A DNA stretch of 64,000 nt from Azolla caroliniana (taxonomy: Eukaryota > Plantae > Polypodiophyta). How positions within the stretch are numbered: the stretch's first letter is position 1; every line of letters begins with the position of its first letter. The notes beneath the pieces are model-generated. The model was not told where the DNA came from. It did not search any database and was given only the letters and a program-made list of their open reading frames with translations. Below, one piece after another: positions 36,260-50,631 of this stretch. Both the position numbers and the translations under genes were made by a program. The stretch lies in assembly GCA_043228905.1 (NCBI GenBank), contig JBHGNT010000003.1, positions 21,266,001 to 21,330,000 on the forward strand, written 5' to 3'.

Positions 36260-38160
36260 AGCTCTGAAGAAATCAGGAAGCCATATGTATGAAAAGGTGG
36301 AGCCTGCTTATGGATATGCGTAAGAGAAAAGAGAGAGTGATCACTATGCGGTGAATTTTGACCAAAATTTTTCAAATCTCAGTTTCCATGAGGGCAATTG
36401 ATTTAATTTAGTGTTAAAATTTATTGCATATTTTCTTTACATTTCTATTGTATTTTTCATTAGTTGAGTAGTATGGATTGCATCATATGTGCTAGGTTCA
36501 ACCTGAATTTGGAATCTCAATTTCCATGAGGGCCATCAAGTTAATTTAGTGTTATGATTAGTTGCATATTTTGTTTTTCTATTTTATTTCTCATTAGTTA
36601 AAATATGCATCTCACAGCGTGCGTGCTCAAACTTCAACATGAAAACCATGATATTCTCATTATTACTATTAGGTTGTTTTCAACAAGCAAAAAGAGGATG
36701 CTTCGCCAGTGTTATTAGCTATATCTCAAAAACGCAAAATATTAGCATAATGTTCAGTGCTGTGGATAGGATCATGGTTGAGATAGATTGATTAATCTAT
36801 TCATGTCTTTGTGTGCATGTTCTTAACATAGTAATGGTGGTCTCATTAAGGAAAAGAGGATGCCTTGCTATTAGTTGGGAGGCCCAAAAAACAGGAAATT
36901 TGCATCATGCCACTACCTTCAATACAATGTCATAGTTGAGAATGTGCACATCTTTTGCCGTCTCTATGGGTATATGTCACACTTTGAATTTGTAAAATAA
37001 ACTTGTGCACAAGATTTCCCCTAGGATATCTGACCTCATTACTTGAACTCATGGACTTAAATCAAATATAATCTCTACATATTTCATTGACTCAGCCTTA
37101 AATTTCAGATCTAACTTATTTGAACTCATGGGTTTTCAAGCTTCATAATTCACAAATATTATGTATTGAAAAAATGTAATCTACACCTCATTGACTCGGT
37201 CTTAAATTAAAGACCTAAAGTCATCACAGTTTATACATCATAGCGTGCAAACATTTGTGTACCAATTCCCTTGTGCTGGCCTTAACCAAAGACCTAAAGT
37301 CATCCTTGATTAGTGCACATCACACTGTCTATACATCGTACTGTGCAAACATTTGTTTGTACTGCTACCATAACAGCACCAGAAAATGTTTCAGAAGTAC
37401 ACAATTGAAGACAAAAACTAATTTCTTTACAGCAGAGAGATATGATATGGTGAATGTAGTTTCATACCTTATTGAGAACCTATTTGGAACAAACCATCAA
37501 TGTGTTCCAAATGCAGCCAATCACCAGATCTTTTAATTACATACCCCCCTAATACAAGGGAAAAGCCATCAACAGCCCACGGTGATGAATAAAGAATTTG
37601 ATCCGCCCAAAAATGTGTACTATGCAGCACATTGAGTTTCCTCCCCACATTTTTTCTTTTTCTATAACCCAAATACAACCCACAAAAATGAATAAAGGGC
37701 TTACCACCGCAATGGGTTTTAGCCATGGGGCCCATTTTACTAGTATTTCATTACACATAGCTTATGTATAAATCAAAACGTAGACACTGTATTTTTCATC
37801 CAACCAATTGGTAGTAAGATATTGTGGATATATATCTTCACCTAATGATCGATCAAGAAGCATTGAAAATAATATACATTTCTCCTTGGATGTGATCATC
37901 GAGGCAACTCATCAATGGTGCTGCTTGATCTTTTTAGGAAGTCTCACATGCAACATCCAACAGAGGCTAGGCTAAGCTGGTTTACTGGATTTGGTAGTCA
38001 TATTCTGATATGTTGGAGATGCACAAGAAAGACTTTGAAAACCTAAGCGGAGGTTTCCACTCAAAAATGGTGCAAAAGCAGGAATTTCGATATAAAATAG
38101 TCATCATTAGTTGTGTTGTCATCCTTTTAACTTCGCTCTCAAACTGGATCCAAGCAATAC

Positions 38161-41100
38161 TCAAGAGAGGTTAGGACCTGGAAATGTTAGGCTTGCTTCC
38201 ACAATGGTCACAGATCCTGAGAATTCAGTATCACTCCCACTGGGGCTATCCGAACTGTCTGAAACCCACCAGCTCGAAGGATACCTTTGTTGCAAAAAGT
38301 GTTTCAATGTTTTTGAATCCACTACCTCGTCTCGGATGTCATTCATTGGTTGATTCCACGTAGGTCCTGTTGCTTTTCTTTCTTTCGGTACAAGCTTCTC
38401 CAGAAGTTTATGAACTTCAGCCCCTTTTCTTTTATCGGCACACATAACTGCTAAGCAATCAGCAGCACGTTGCTGTAAATTCGCATCCATACTCTTATCG
38501 ATGAGCATTGCGAGCTTCGGGATGATATCCAAACGCAATGCTACCTCAACAGCACTACTGCTGAGACGACCTAATCGTAACATGAGCATCAAACTGCATA
38601 GCCGAGGATCAGTTCCCGTGAAACCAGCCACTGAAGTAGGTACATTCAGATCAAGAAGAGATCCCAATGTCTGCATCAATTCTTCTGAGCTCATACAATC
38701 TGCAATGTCGGAATGAGTAGCAATACAATGGAAAAGAAGGATTGCCACTTGAGTAAGACCTCGCCGCTCTCTGCTACTCCCACCACTAATGAAATTAAAC
38801 ACGGGAAAGAAGATGTCGAAATTTGAGTGGCGCAAGAGCAATGGCGGACGAAGCTTGAAAAGCAATAGCAAAGACAATAGCAATCTCCTCCTGTCATCAA
38901 AATCAAGCTCTTGGGAATCCTTTTTGCGGGGCAGTGCTCCCAACACTATGGCTTTGCGTATTTCCCTAAGGAATCGCTCCTCAAGAGCAATCCCGAAGTC
39001 AAACTCTGGATTTCGTAGAAATTGGTCAATGAAGAAGCCACCTAGGTAAAGCTCTGGGGAGTAGTCAACATCTCCAGTATTCTTATACAAGGGCCTAGTG
39101 TCATTCTCTAGAACTGTAGCCAATGTCCATCTCAGGAACACCGGTTGTCCTCGAGTCATTGACCATGAAGGAAGAGCTGAGAGTCCCTGATTCAAAAAGC
39201 TATCCCGTAATTTCAGCATTTCTGCTTCTAACCTTGATTTGAGATGCCATCGGCTATCTTCATCCCATACTAATCGTGGAGACCAATGCCGCCTTTCGTA
39301 AAGATCACAAGCTTTGGAAGGTTCTCGTGCAAGCATTGTCAAAAAGTCGATAGGAAACAGTAAAACCAGCGTTCTTAAACCTATGGGATCAACATTATCG
39401 TCCATACCTTTTTCAATAATTTCCAAAAGCTCATACATATCTGTAGCCCCTACAATACCTTCATTAGAAGATGCATGTCGATTGGTGATGGAGGATGTGT
39501 TTAGATGATTACTCTTGGCAATTGATCCAGTTCCCCAGAAGCTCAGGTCCTTAACAAGCTTGGTTCTCCGGCTTATACCACACCCAGCAAGCAAAACTTG
39601 ACCTAGTATTTGAGCAGCCAGTAGTTGCCCAGCCTTTGTGATCTTCATTTGTTCCATATCCTCGTTTTGAGAGACTTCCTCATCAGATAGACTTGGTGGA
39701 TTTAGCTTTGCAAAGATGGCCAAAACAGGAAGTAGTAACCCATCTTTTGAGAAGAAATTTGTTGCTTGTATGGTTGCAGAAATATTCTCTGCTAAAAGAA
39801 GAACAGCTTCTAGAGTAGACATTAACACTTGATCATTTCGATATCTAGAATCTCTTGCAGCCGATTGCCATAACTGAAGAGCTAAACATTGAATAAGCTC
39901 AGAACTGAATACCATGTCTCTCCCTATTTCAGAGATCGCTAAAGCTTTGACAATTGTCGCGAGTTCAATCTGAACAATTGGAAGGCTTCTCCCAGAAAGA
40001 ACTATCCTTGAAAGAACAGAGTGTCTAAATTGTACAAGAAGATCATCTCTCCCTTCCTTCACTGCATGGTTGATGCATTCTCTTAATGCTGACAATGTGT
40101 ATAGGCATTTTTCGAGCTCTCCAGATTTCTGTGCTGGGATTGTAATACTCTTAACAGTCTCTTCATATTCTGGTATCCCATCTCCAATCTGCTCAACCTC
40201 ATCAGGAAGGTTCTCTTTTTGCTTAACTTCATCATCAGATATTTGCTCTTTCTGCTCAGGTTCATCAGATACTTGCTCATTCTGTTCAACTCCATCCTCA
40301 TCAGGAAGCTTCTCTTTTTGCTTAACTTCATCATCAGATATTTGCTCTTTCTGCTCAGGTTCATCAGATACTTGCTCATTCTGTTCAACTTCATCGCCAG
40401 TTAGGTGTTCTTTCTGCTCAACTTCATTTTCAAATAGGTGATTCTGGTGAAATTCTTGGATATCTATTGTCTTTTCAATATCTCTGTCAGGATCATAAGA
40501 TTCGGCAATGTCTGAAACCCCTTCAGCTTGAGTAACAAACAGATTAACTATATTTAACTGAAGGTAATCTTGCATGACATCCATGAAAGCATGACCAGGA
40601 GGCAAAACAAACCCTTCCCAAGATGTACTGCTTAGACCACGGACAAATAGACCTGCTGCAAGAAATTCTTCATTTAGGCATTCATAATTAAACCTATCTA
40701 ACCACTCTGTCTCATTATCAATCATTATATCTTCTTTAAGAAGAACAGTATTGTGGTAACTCAATCTATCCTCAATAGATTGCAGAAGTTCAACTCTCAT
40801 ATCATATGTCCACATTCCTTCTGGGTGCATGAACTCAGAGCAAACAGCTGAGATGAATTTCTCCGGACCCTCTGCTTGTAGCAAACATGCTAGAAGAGGC
40901 ACAGGCATGAGTCTTGACATGACTCCATAAATGGATCTCCTTTGCTTTTCCTGCAATGATCTGTTTATCTTGATTAAACTTCTTACTAATGATGCAAGGA
41001 CATCTGCCGAACTATAGAACAATGCAGATTTTGAATCGTGAGCTTTCAAGGTTATGTCTGCTGATGGTATGGCTAATAATAGCAACAGCAAGTACCACCC

Positions 41101-44100
41101 CTAGGTAGGAATACACATATACTTATCAGTTATAAGAAAAAAACAATGCTGAGAAAGAAAAAAAAACACTACCATAGATGCCCTATACATGCAATTCACC
41201 TGTTTAAGGACTCTATCACAGTACATTTCATCCTCTGCAAAGTGTTTGAGACAAGTTAGAGCAGCAAAAGAAGCTGGGCTTGGGCCCCGTGGTGGCCTAG
41301 CTATAGCATCAGCTGCTGCTGAGTTGAGAATAAACCAAAGCCCTTTCCGCCACCTCATATCTTTCCATAACAGTTCTTTCCCACTTCTGTAAACCAAGAG
41401 CAGTGGAAGAATTGTAAATACATGCTAATCAGATCATCATTTTTAAGTCCAGGAAAAGTAGCTATACCTTGAGGATGCAATCGTGTCCAACAAAAGCAGA
41501 CAACTACCAAGGGCAGTTTCAAACTTAGAATTATTGTCAGGAACATTCTCATTGGTTTCCGCATTTGTCCCAAGAGAAAGCACACTTAATGCAAAATTTA
41601 ATGAGGCTTGGGCCGCATCAAATTCCCTGAAGCAACAAAGGGTTTAAAACACATTTATTTGAAATGAACAAACTAAAATTGAAAGGTGCAAACGCACATA
41701 CAATGTGTGTTCATGGAACACACTAGGGAATAATAATAGTATATCTTCTTCTACATCTCCAATACATTGTAGAAATACCAGACTTCAACAAAAAAGAGAT
41801 AGGGTATAGCACATACTCTCAGTGGGATGTAAGTTCTTTCAGTCTCTGTGTTGGTGTTTGCTTAGAGCCTGAGCTAATCTCTATTTAAATCCTGCGTTAA
41901 TATCTGCTTAATCTCCACATTAATCTCTATTAAGTCTACGTTAATCTCTGTAGAATCCCTGTGTTATTCTTTGCCTAATCCCTGCATTAATGTCTGCTGC
42001 GTCCTGTGTTGACCTTTGTACTAATTTCTGCCAATCTTTGGGTTCATCTCTGTACTAATCTCTGCCTTTCTAGGCTAATTCTCTAAGAGCAAACAGGTTA
42101 CCCAAAATGGAAGTCTTGTTCATCGGAGATGAGGGAAATGATGATAACTTATGCCAACCAATTAGTGGCGAGGTTAACCGCATGAGATATAATATAGAAA
42201 CTCTCTTGAAATAATTATGCCATGTTAGCAGAAAAAGTAGTGGTACATGCTATGAAGAGGTTTCTATTTTTATTCAACAAGAGAGCTCTTGAAAGCTATT
42301 AAATGAGGAAGAGAGCACATTGTCAGGTTCAGAGGTTTTGTGAGACAAACAACTGGGCATTGGAAACAAAACGAACGTCGCAAGGTAGTGAATCACAGGG
42401 GCACATGGGAGGCTTACCACCTATCTCAAGAAACTGAACACAAAGGAGCCTGACAAAACCGTGAATCCCGTGCAAGAAACCTTTGTGACGGCCATACAAG
42501 AAACTCACTAATCCACCACTTCTATTGGAACCACCATTGCACTAAATGGTTCATCTCTTGCTATTATGGGACTGCAGTAGCACTAAACGGTTCATCTCGT
42601 GACACTACAGAACAGCCTAATTACAAAATCCAAGCTAGGGGCAATTGTTCCCACATGTCTAGCTCAACATGAGAGAACTTACGTTCTTAGGTGAGCTCTT
42701 GTGGTGAGCCATTGTGTGAACAGCCAACACAAGGAACGCAGTGAGTTCTATCATGGTCGGGTCATCATGATAGGTGTCTCGTCGCGGTTGGGTCACCACA
42801 ATAGAACTCGGAGAGCTCTATCATGTAGAGTTCTTGCACAATGCTTGAGCTAGGCATGGTGAACAATTCTATTTTGAGCAATGCTGCTACTTGGCACAAG
42901 AAAGACCATGCATGGAGAAGTGGTAGCAGAAATTGGTGTGAAGCAACAAGATCAAGATATGAGCAACATAACAGACTACGACAAACCCTTTCTCGCCCTT
43001 GAGGATTCGTGATATACAATGGTCTGTGACAATGGCCAAGATATCAGATACTTTTAACATGTTGGAACCCCAAGGGAGATGCAAACAACAAGCTCAAGAT
43101 ATGAGTGAAATAACATAATATGGCAAACCCTTTCACCCATGATGATTTGTGATATATAATGGTCAGTGACAATGGCAAAGATATCAGATGCTTGTTGGAA
43201 CCCCAAGGGAGCTGCAAACATGGTCGATTACTTATGGAATCTCCATCCCTTCTACCCAAGATAACAGATGTCCCTCTCTCTAGTAGAGATCTATTGGCTT
43301 GGCAGACGATACTACATATCTATGCGTTAAGCTGAAGGATGGATGCCAAAAGAATGTATATGCTAAGAACAGGAGCAGGAAAGCTAAATATCAATGTACT
43401 TGAGATGCAATTGATGTGTATAGTTGTAGGGTATACAATAGAATGCTTGGAGCTGTTCTAGCTAGAACTCAAGAAACATAAGGAGATGTTGAAGGACAAT
43501 AACACAACCACACAAGCTCTTCAACAGAATGTCGACAATCACAACTTTCTTAGCCCGTTACTTCTGCTAAGCTACAAGTCAATTAAGGGCTATACAACTA
43601 GCGTCTTGACCAGAACATTATAAGTGGGTTACAATAGATCAAGCAATAGCAATTTAATGGAAAATAGGCCCTGGCCTTGTGGACCATGATCTCACCAAGC
43701 CTGTCACCTAGAAATAAAGACCATTATCTCCTGCCATCTCAGGTGCTTCCCTCACTTCAGAGATCCCTCTATTCTGGATCAAGTTATGCAAGAGTTTTTC
43801 GAAGACAAATTACAATCCCTCTTACTTGAGAATCTTACATGTGTACACAAGGATATTCTTTCGTTTCTTCTATTTTTAATTAGCTACATTTATTTTGGTT
43901 TGTTGCTCTCAAAGACGAGACAACATTTTAAGATGTAATCTCGTGTTTGGTCTTATAGGCCATTTTGGTCTCTTAAAAGGTATTAATACCTCTCTCTCTC
44001 TCTCTCAAACACACACACAGTCACACCTGCACTTTCAATTGTGCGAAAACACTCTTGATCGTCGAGAATAGCAGCTCATCACATGTATTATGTGAAAACA

Positions 44101-44153
44101 TTATTTTTGGTCATCATAGGTCAAATTTGACCTCTGAAGTTGATAATAAAATT

Positions 44154-44197
<44 letters not shown>

Positions 44198-47100
44198 GCA
44201 CACATATCGTACATAATCTATTTCATTGCATATATCTCTACTTCTTTACAACCATAACAGCTTGAAATTGGGCCAGGACATAAAATATAATGAGAAAAAG
44301 AACCATTAAAACTGTATGCAATACCTTGTAGTGGCCTTGCAACAACGTCTGAGTATGGTAATGGTTTGTGTTAGAACATCAATTATCTCAGCTGGGGATT
44401 CATCTGTTTGCGCCAAACACACCCGCAATGCAGGAGCAGCGAGAGTGATAACCACGGATTCTACGTCATTTGACAATACAAGCTGAGGGAAACGTTGAAC
44501 CAAATAAGACTGTACACAAAAGCAAAACTTCCTGTCAACAAAACTGGTAACACCTCTAGATGAAATAGACAGAAATCTTCTAAAAAGCCACCAGTGCACG
44601 CAAAAGGAGGTGAATACGCGGAAGATTCGTTCTCCAAATTGCAGTTGATGACGTCAAAGAATCTGAAGTCATTAAATCTACCGCACATTTCCTAAGGTCC
44701 TGCAGGAGCAATAAACATTCTGAAGTCATATGCAATCAATGCACGATCGCAAATACACAGATATAGACATTTCTTTCTTTCTGCCCCTTTTAATATGTCA
44801 GTCTCTCATAGTTGTTTGTATGTCTTGTCAAACGTATATTACTTATGAGCAACAGAATCAGAAATATGAGTATGTGGACAAACCAACATAAGACTGCTCA
44901 AAAATTGAAGTGGATCATTGATTTGGTAGTTTGGAAAGCGGTCTGAGTCGAGGAGGTTCTCCAAATAGAAAGGAGCTGAGAACACAGATTCTGAAAAAAT
45001 GGAAAAAAGAAAAACATTAGATAGAAAAACTCGGTGAAGATTAGCATTTTAATTGGATGATTTACAGCATACATATATTATGAACAACTGGTTTTAGACA
45101 GCTATTAATTCACCTGAAAGTTCAGGATACATAAGGGGAGCTTTGGGAACATGAATATAGAGTGCAAGAGGGTCAGAAGCTCTGAATTTCACATAAGGCT
45201 CCAATTCAGCTTTTAAGTGGTCCAACAATCGTTCCCTCATTTCTGCGCTCCAAATCACCTCCGGACTTCCTTGTTCTGAGTTCAAAATTGTGGTAAATGT
45301 GTCCGAATCCTGTCAAAACCCCTTTGTATGCATAAGCCTGGGGTCCTCAATGTTTTTCTAGATTCTTAAACATATGGAGTTCCGTTACACAGTACCTCTG
45401 ACATTAGTCTTAAGATAACTCCATCTGGTAGAAAGAGCTGAAGGATGCTAGCATGCCACGGGAATTGCTCCTCAGCTTGCAAGTAATGTGGTCCGTTGAA
45501 CACAGACTCTGGATCCTGTCAAATGCCTCCAATAAGTCTTTGGAACTTGGACAAGATCTATGAAGCCAAATACTATGGAATGTACATAAACACATGAAAA
45601 GCATAATGCAGGCCTTTAGATAACAAATCATAAAATATCATGGATGCAAGTGCAAGTATGATTGCCTATCACCTGTAACAAATGAGATTGCCGAATGAAA
45701 CCCACAATAGAGGACTTGTCAGCATCAGTCAGGTCCCCGGCTAGAAGCTTCCAAAGCAAGATTTCAAAAGCTCCAAGCTTATACAAGCGATTCATGGCAT
45801 CGCTATTCACCTTCACAATGTATGCAAGTATGTCTAGAATCCTGAAATAGAAAGAAAAGAAAGGTAAGTGAATTTTTGTGTTTGATGTGTGACAGACAAT
45901 TTTCGTATTTGAAAATTTGCAAGAGTAATATTAATCAAACATTTTTTCTGTATTGGTGATCTGTAAAATATTATCTTTCCTCAATCCTTCAAAAATGTGA
46001 TGGATCAGGTCCAAAATATCACTTGGTAGGAAGATGGCCCACTATAAGACACTTTTTACACACATCAGAGGATGGATTTATCATAAAGTCATCTTATATG
46101 GGCAAATCTATCCTATGCGCTGCGCAGTGTGGTAGGGCAGCTGTGAACTTCCTCACACCAGTTAGACATAAAGGTAGCCAGATATGCACAAATACCTTTA
46201 GAAAAACGAATTTGTAAATCGTGTCATCTAGGAGTGGAATCTTATGAAAGTATGTTTGTCATTGTGCAGTATTTTATGAAATAAGAGGGAGATACCATTG
46301 TCTCTTTAACCAATGCTTTGGTTCACTATGCAAGGTAATGGAATATGAGGACCAACAGGGCCTGGGCTTTTCGTGCTAGAACTCAAGAGACACATGAAGA
46401 AATTCTTGAGTACAACAATACAGCAACACAAGCCCATCAACAAAGAATAATCACAACTTTCTTTCGCCCCATCGCTCCTACTTGTGCTACAAGTCAATCA
46501 AGGGCTACACATTTCAACCAAGACATAACCAAGGGGTTACAATAGATCGGGCAATAGCAATTTCTCATGCACATAAGACCCGGCCCAATGATGATCTCAC
46601 CACCCTTTTCATCAACAGATAAAAACCATTATCACCACCATTGCAGGTGCTTCTCTCACTTCGAAGACCTCTCCATTCTGGATCAAGCAATGCTAGAGAT
46701 CTTTTGAAGACAAAAATTACATATCTGACTTGAGAATCTTACATGTACCGATAACAAGATTCTTTAGTCTCTTTTATCTTCTTTACGTTTTTACTTAGTA
46801 ACATTTTAATTATTTGACTTGTTGTTCTCGAAGACGAGACGAAACTTGAGATGTAATCTCTTGTTTGGTCTTACAGGCCATTTTGGCCTCTTAAAAGACA
46901 TCAATATATTTTTCTTACTTTCTGGTTGTTTCCTTCTGTTTCACAAGTTTCTTTTACCTATCTTTTAGCTCATGTACTGATTTTTACCTAGGGTAAACAG
47001 GAAGAGTTCACATGACAAGTACTAGAAAATCATGCTATGGATGTAACAATTTCTCTTAATATTCAATGTGGATTGGTGAACATTGTATGTGATTCAACAA

Positions 47101-50100
47101 TACATTCCTAGGGCCAACACACTGCAAATTCAAACAAGTTTTTTTTCTATCTAAGAGTACATTTCAACACCATGCAAATTCAGGATAAGCCACAAGAAGT
47201 TCATATACTAAGTTCCACAGCATTATGCTCTATCCTCCAAAGTTTGTGCATGGCTTGCAACTCCACAAAGCTAGGTTCTCCAATATCCTCCCATGGAAAG
47301 ACTCAGTTTGTACTTTACCTACAGTCCGAGACATCTTCCAAGCCTTGAACACATGTACCTTTGACGTTTATTTGGATTATGTTGACACTTTGCATGAGAG
47401 GAAAATAATGAATGGGTAGAGTACCTTCCAAAAACTGAACCTTTTGCCCACAGGAGGATTTGCACAAGATGACAAAGTAATTCCTCCTTCGAAAGGTGGC
47501 TACATGCTGCAGGTGGTGGAAATTCTTCAATATTACTGTCTATGCCAGATAACCTGTTGTGAAATGTTCACCAAATTTCAATTTTTCTATATGAGTACAG
47601 CCATGAAAATTATCCAGATACATGTTCTCGTAGAAACAAAGGGTAATGGTTGAATCAAAGAAAAATCGTTTCAAGTTTAGAGATATGGAATTAACCTCAT
47701 TATAGCTTCTAAAAGATCTAATGCCAAACCAAGTTGAAGTTTCTCATGCACTGTTTCATGCTGCCAATGAACACCCTCTTTTGCATCTACACTCCCATCC
47801 TGCACAGCTTTATCAAGGACCTCATAAAACCTTCCAGAAGGAACTCGTACGCTTTTCATTTGACCATTGGCCTGCTTGACCAGAACTGTCTCATGAAAGT
47901 GAGAAAATTTTGACCTTTTTGCATTTTTTGTACTCCATCCATCAGACTCAAATGCATATTTGTCCCTACAGCACTGTAAATATGACAATTTGCATGAAAT
48001 ACAATTATGTTTGAAAGCTTAGCAAACTTAAAGAAAAGTCAATTAAGCACAAGCTAGAAACCTTGGATAAGGACAACACAATCAAAGGAACTAAAACCAT
48101 TGCACCACCCGCTCTGAGGAAACGAAGAGCATTATCTTTGCCACCAATCTCCACAGTTGCAAGAAGGAAAACTACCAGCTTGAAGACAAAGACTTGATGT
48201 TCAGAATCAATAACTTCACGGAGCATTCCCACAATTATCTGTTAAGGTGAATTGGCATGTGGTGAGAAACATTGTTAACTGAATTGAAACTATCTGGAGG
48301 GTGATAACAACTTTGTAATACCTCTATTACATTCATTTTTTCTAGGAAACCTTGTATATCTTCTGCATGCCTTTCATAAATCCAAGTAAGTACATGTGCT
48401 GCCAGCCTCAGATCAACCTCCGGCAAGCTTATTTGACCAAATAATGGTGTGAAGCCTAAGACCATGGCCTGAAGCACAGCTTGGAATGTTGATAATGGAT
48501 CTCTTAACTGCATTTACAGTTCACAGGTTACTGATATTTTGCTAAAATAAGTTTTCCGACTACCCAAAATGTCAAATAGGTACCTTCCAAAAGTCGATCC
48601 TTGGATCATTCTGAGCAGGATAATTATCTACAAGAAGTTCAAGATGGATACCATCAACAACAGAACCTGTCAAAATTATTGGAAAATTTTGGTTTTAGTA
48701 CAACATTTGAACAATGAGCATTCAAGTTCAAAAGCTTTAGAAAAAGCAATTTCCTCATACCTTCTCTTGCCATTGAGTAAGTAAGTTGAATCTCCGAGCT
48801 ATTAACCAAAATGTCTTTATTATTCTCTGCTACAGCATTGAACGCTTCTATGTGATCTTCAAGAAACTAAAAAGAAGATGTTCTTGTAAGAGAACTAGTG
48901 CTTGCTTCAAAGCACATTTTGAGAAAATATTTATGTAGCATATACCTCCTTCAATTCCGTTCGTTTTGCATCATTCCATAACAGAATGGGTGTCTCAAAG
49001 TTTCCTTTCTTTAGGAGATCTAAAATTTCCATCCATGCTGTGAATCTACTTGAAGAGTTCTCCTACAACAAATAGTGAGAATATCAATTAAGTAACAATG
49101 CCTAGATATGTTTAGGAAGAACATAAAACTTTTCTTGATTGAAATACCTTCAGTAAATTCAGTTGGTTGATTCTAGCATCATAGAAATGCATAATGCCCT
49201 GTAAACAGTTGGTTGTGTTTCAAGATAGATGGTGTTCAGTTTTACTATGATTTACTATGATCTTAAGTTGTGATCACTAAAATAAGATGAGAAAAATCTG
49301 ATGTGCACACCTTTGGTAGCAGAGCTTCAAGAAGCTTCTTAGATGCCTTATTGCGTTCAATCATAAAAAAGACAAGGTTTCCACTTGTTGATCTTAATTC
49401 TTCATCAGTCCCAAAAACTGCATCCTTTAAGTGTATCAATATGACACCTCGATCTAAACAGAATTTCTGAAAATAACCACCAAAAAGAAATATATAAAAT
49501 ATAAATACATTGAGAAAGGTTTTTTTGTAACACTCTTTTTAAAGCACTATTACTTGTAATTGACTTGCTATTGGAGGAGAAGTTTGTGTTAGAAGAGCCT
49601 TCAAGAGAAGAGAATTGCTGAAAGTAAAAACACAAAGAAAGCATTAAGAAGAGCATTGCTGATTTCATGATTATAAATATTAAACAGTTATGGCAAAGAA
49701 AACATTAAAAAGATAGTTGCTGATTTCATGATTATAAATATTAGAAAGTTATGGCAAAGAAAGCATCAAAAAGCTAGTTGCTGATTTCACGATTATAATT
49801 ATTGAAAAGTTATGACTGTTAAAATAGTCTCTTTTTCAATATATTGATGAAGCATGCACGCACCTACGATAGACTACAAAATTTGGTGATCTACAGAGTC
49901 GACAAAATACTCCTGCGGCTCCTATAGCACTGTTCTCAAAGATCTGCCAAACATTCACACATGTACAAAAATTAGCAAAGTCTTGTTTTATACATTGCAT
50001 GCTCGTTTAGAGAAAGAGCCAAACCTTTGGCCACCCACGTTCATTATCTATTTCTTGTGGTAATGAGGTTGCAAGAGTAAGGAAAGTTTGCAAAACCCCA

Positions 50101-50565
50101 TACAACTGCAAGAAAGAACTTAAAAACCAGTAAAAATATGCTTTTAACTGTAATGAAACCTACGTTCTGACATCAAAGAGTGTAAAAATAGAACCTGTAA
50201 AGCATTATCATTTGCAAGCGCAAATATGTGTAAAGAGGAAAAAAGCTGCTGTACGTTATCAACACTCATAACGGCTCCTTTATTTGCAAGCTCCAGCTGC
50301 ATCCCAAGAAAAAAAAAGTTTAAGACGCTTTTTATCTATTTATCTTAGTAGTCTCAGTGCAATCTGTGCTATATAGACTAAACAATTGATGTACCTTGGA
50401 AAGAAGGGCCACATCACTAATTGGTCCATCTGATGGAAGTTTTATTGCTGCGCGGATGGCAACGGTAGCAGCATAACTTAATACAGGATTTCTGAATTGC
50501 AAACACTAAAAAGAAAAACTATGCAAATCATTTCACATTTATTTTTTCATATTGGTGTAAAGAAC

Positions 50566-50631
<66 letters not shown>

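Noticed and set aside
36375-37350. Short local duplications downstream of GK (similar ones at 30-300, 15630-15720, 17920-18085, 21620-21870)
   Set aside because: Ordinary diverged tandem duplications in introns or UTR/intergenic DNA with no further structure.
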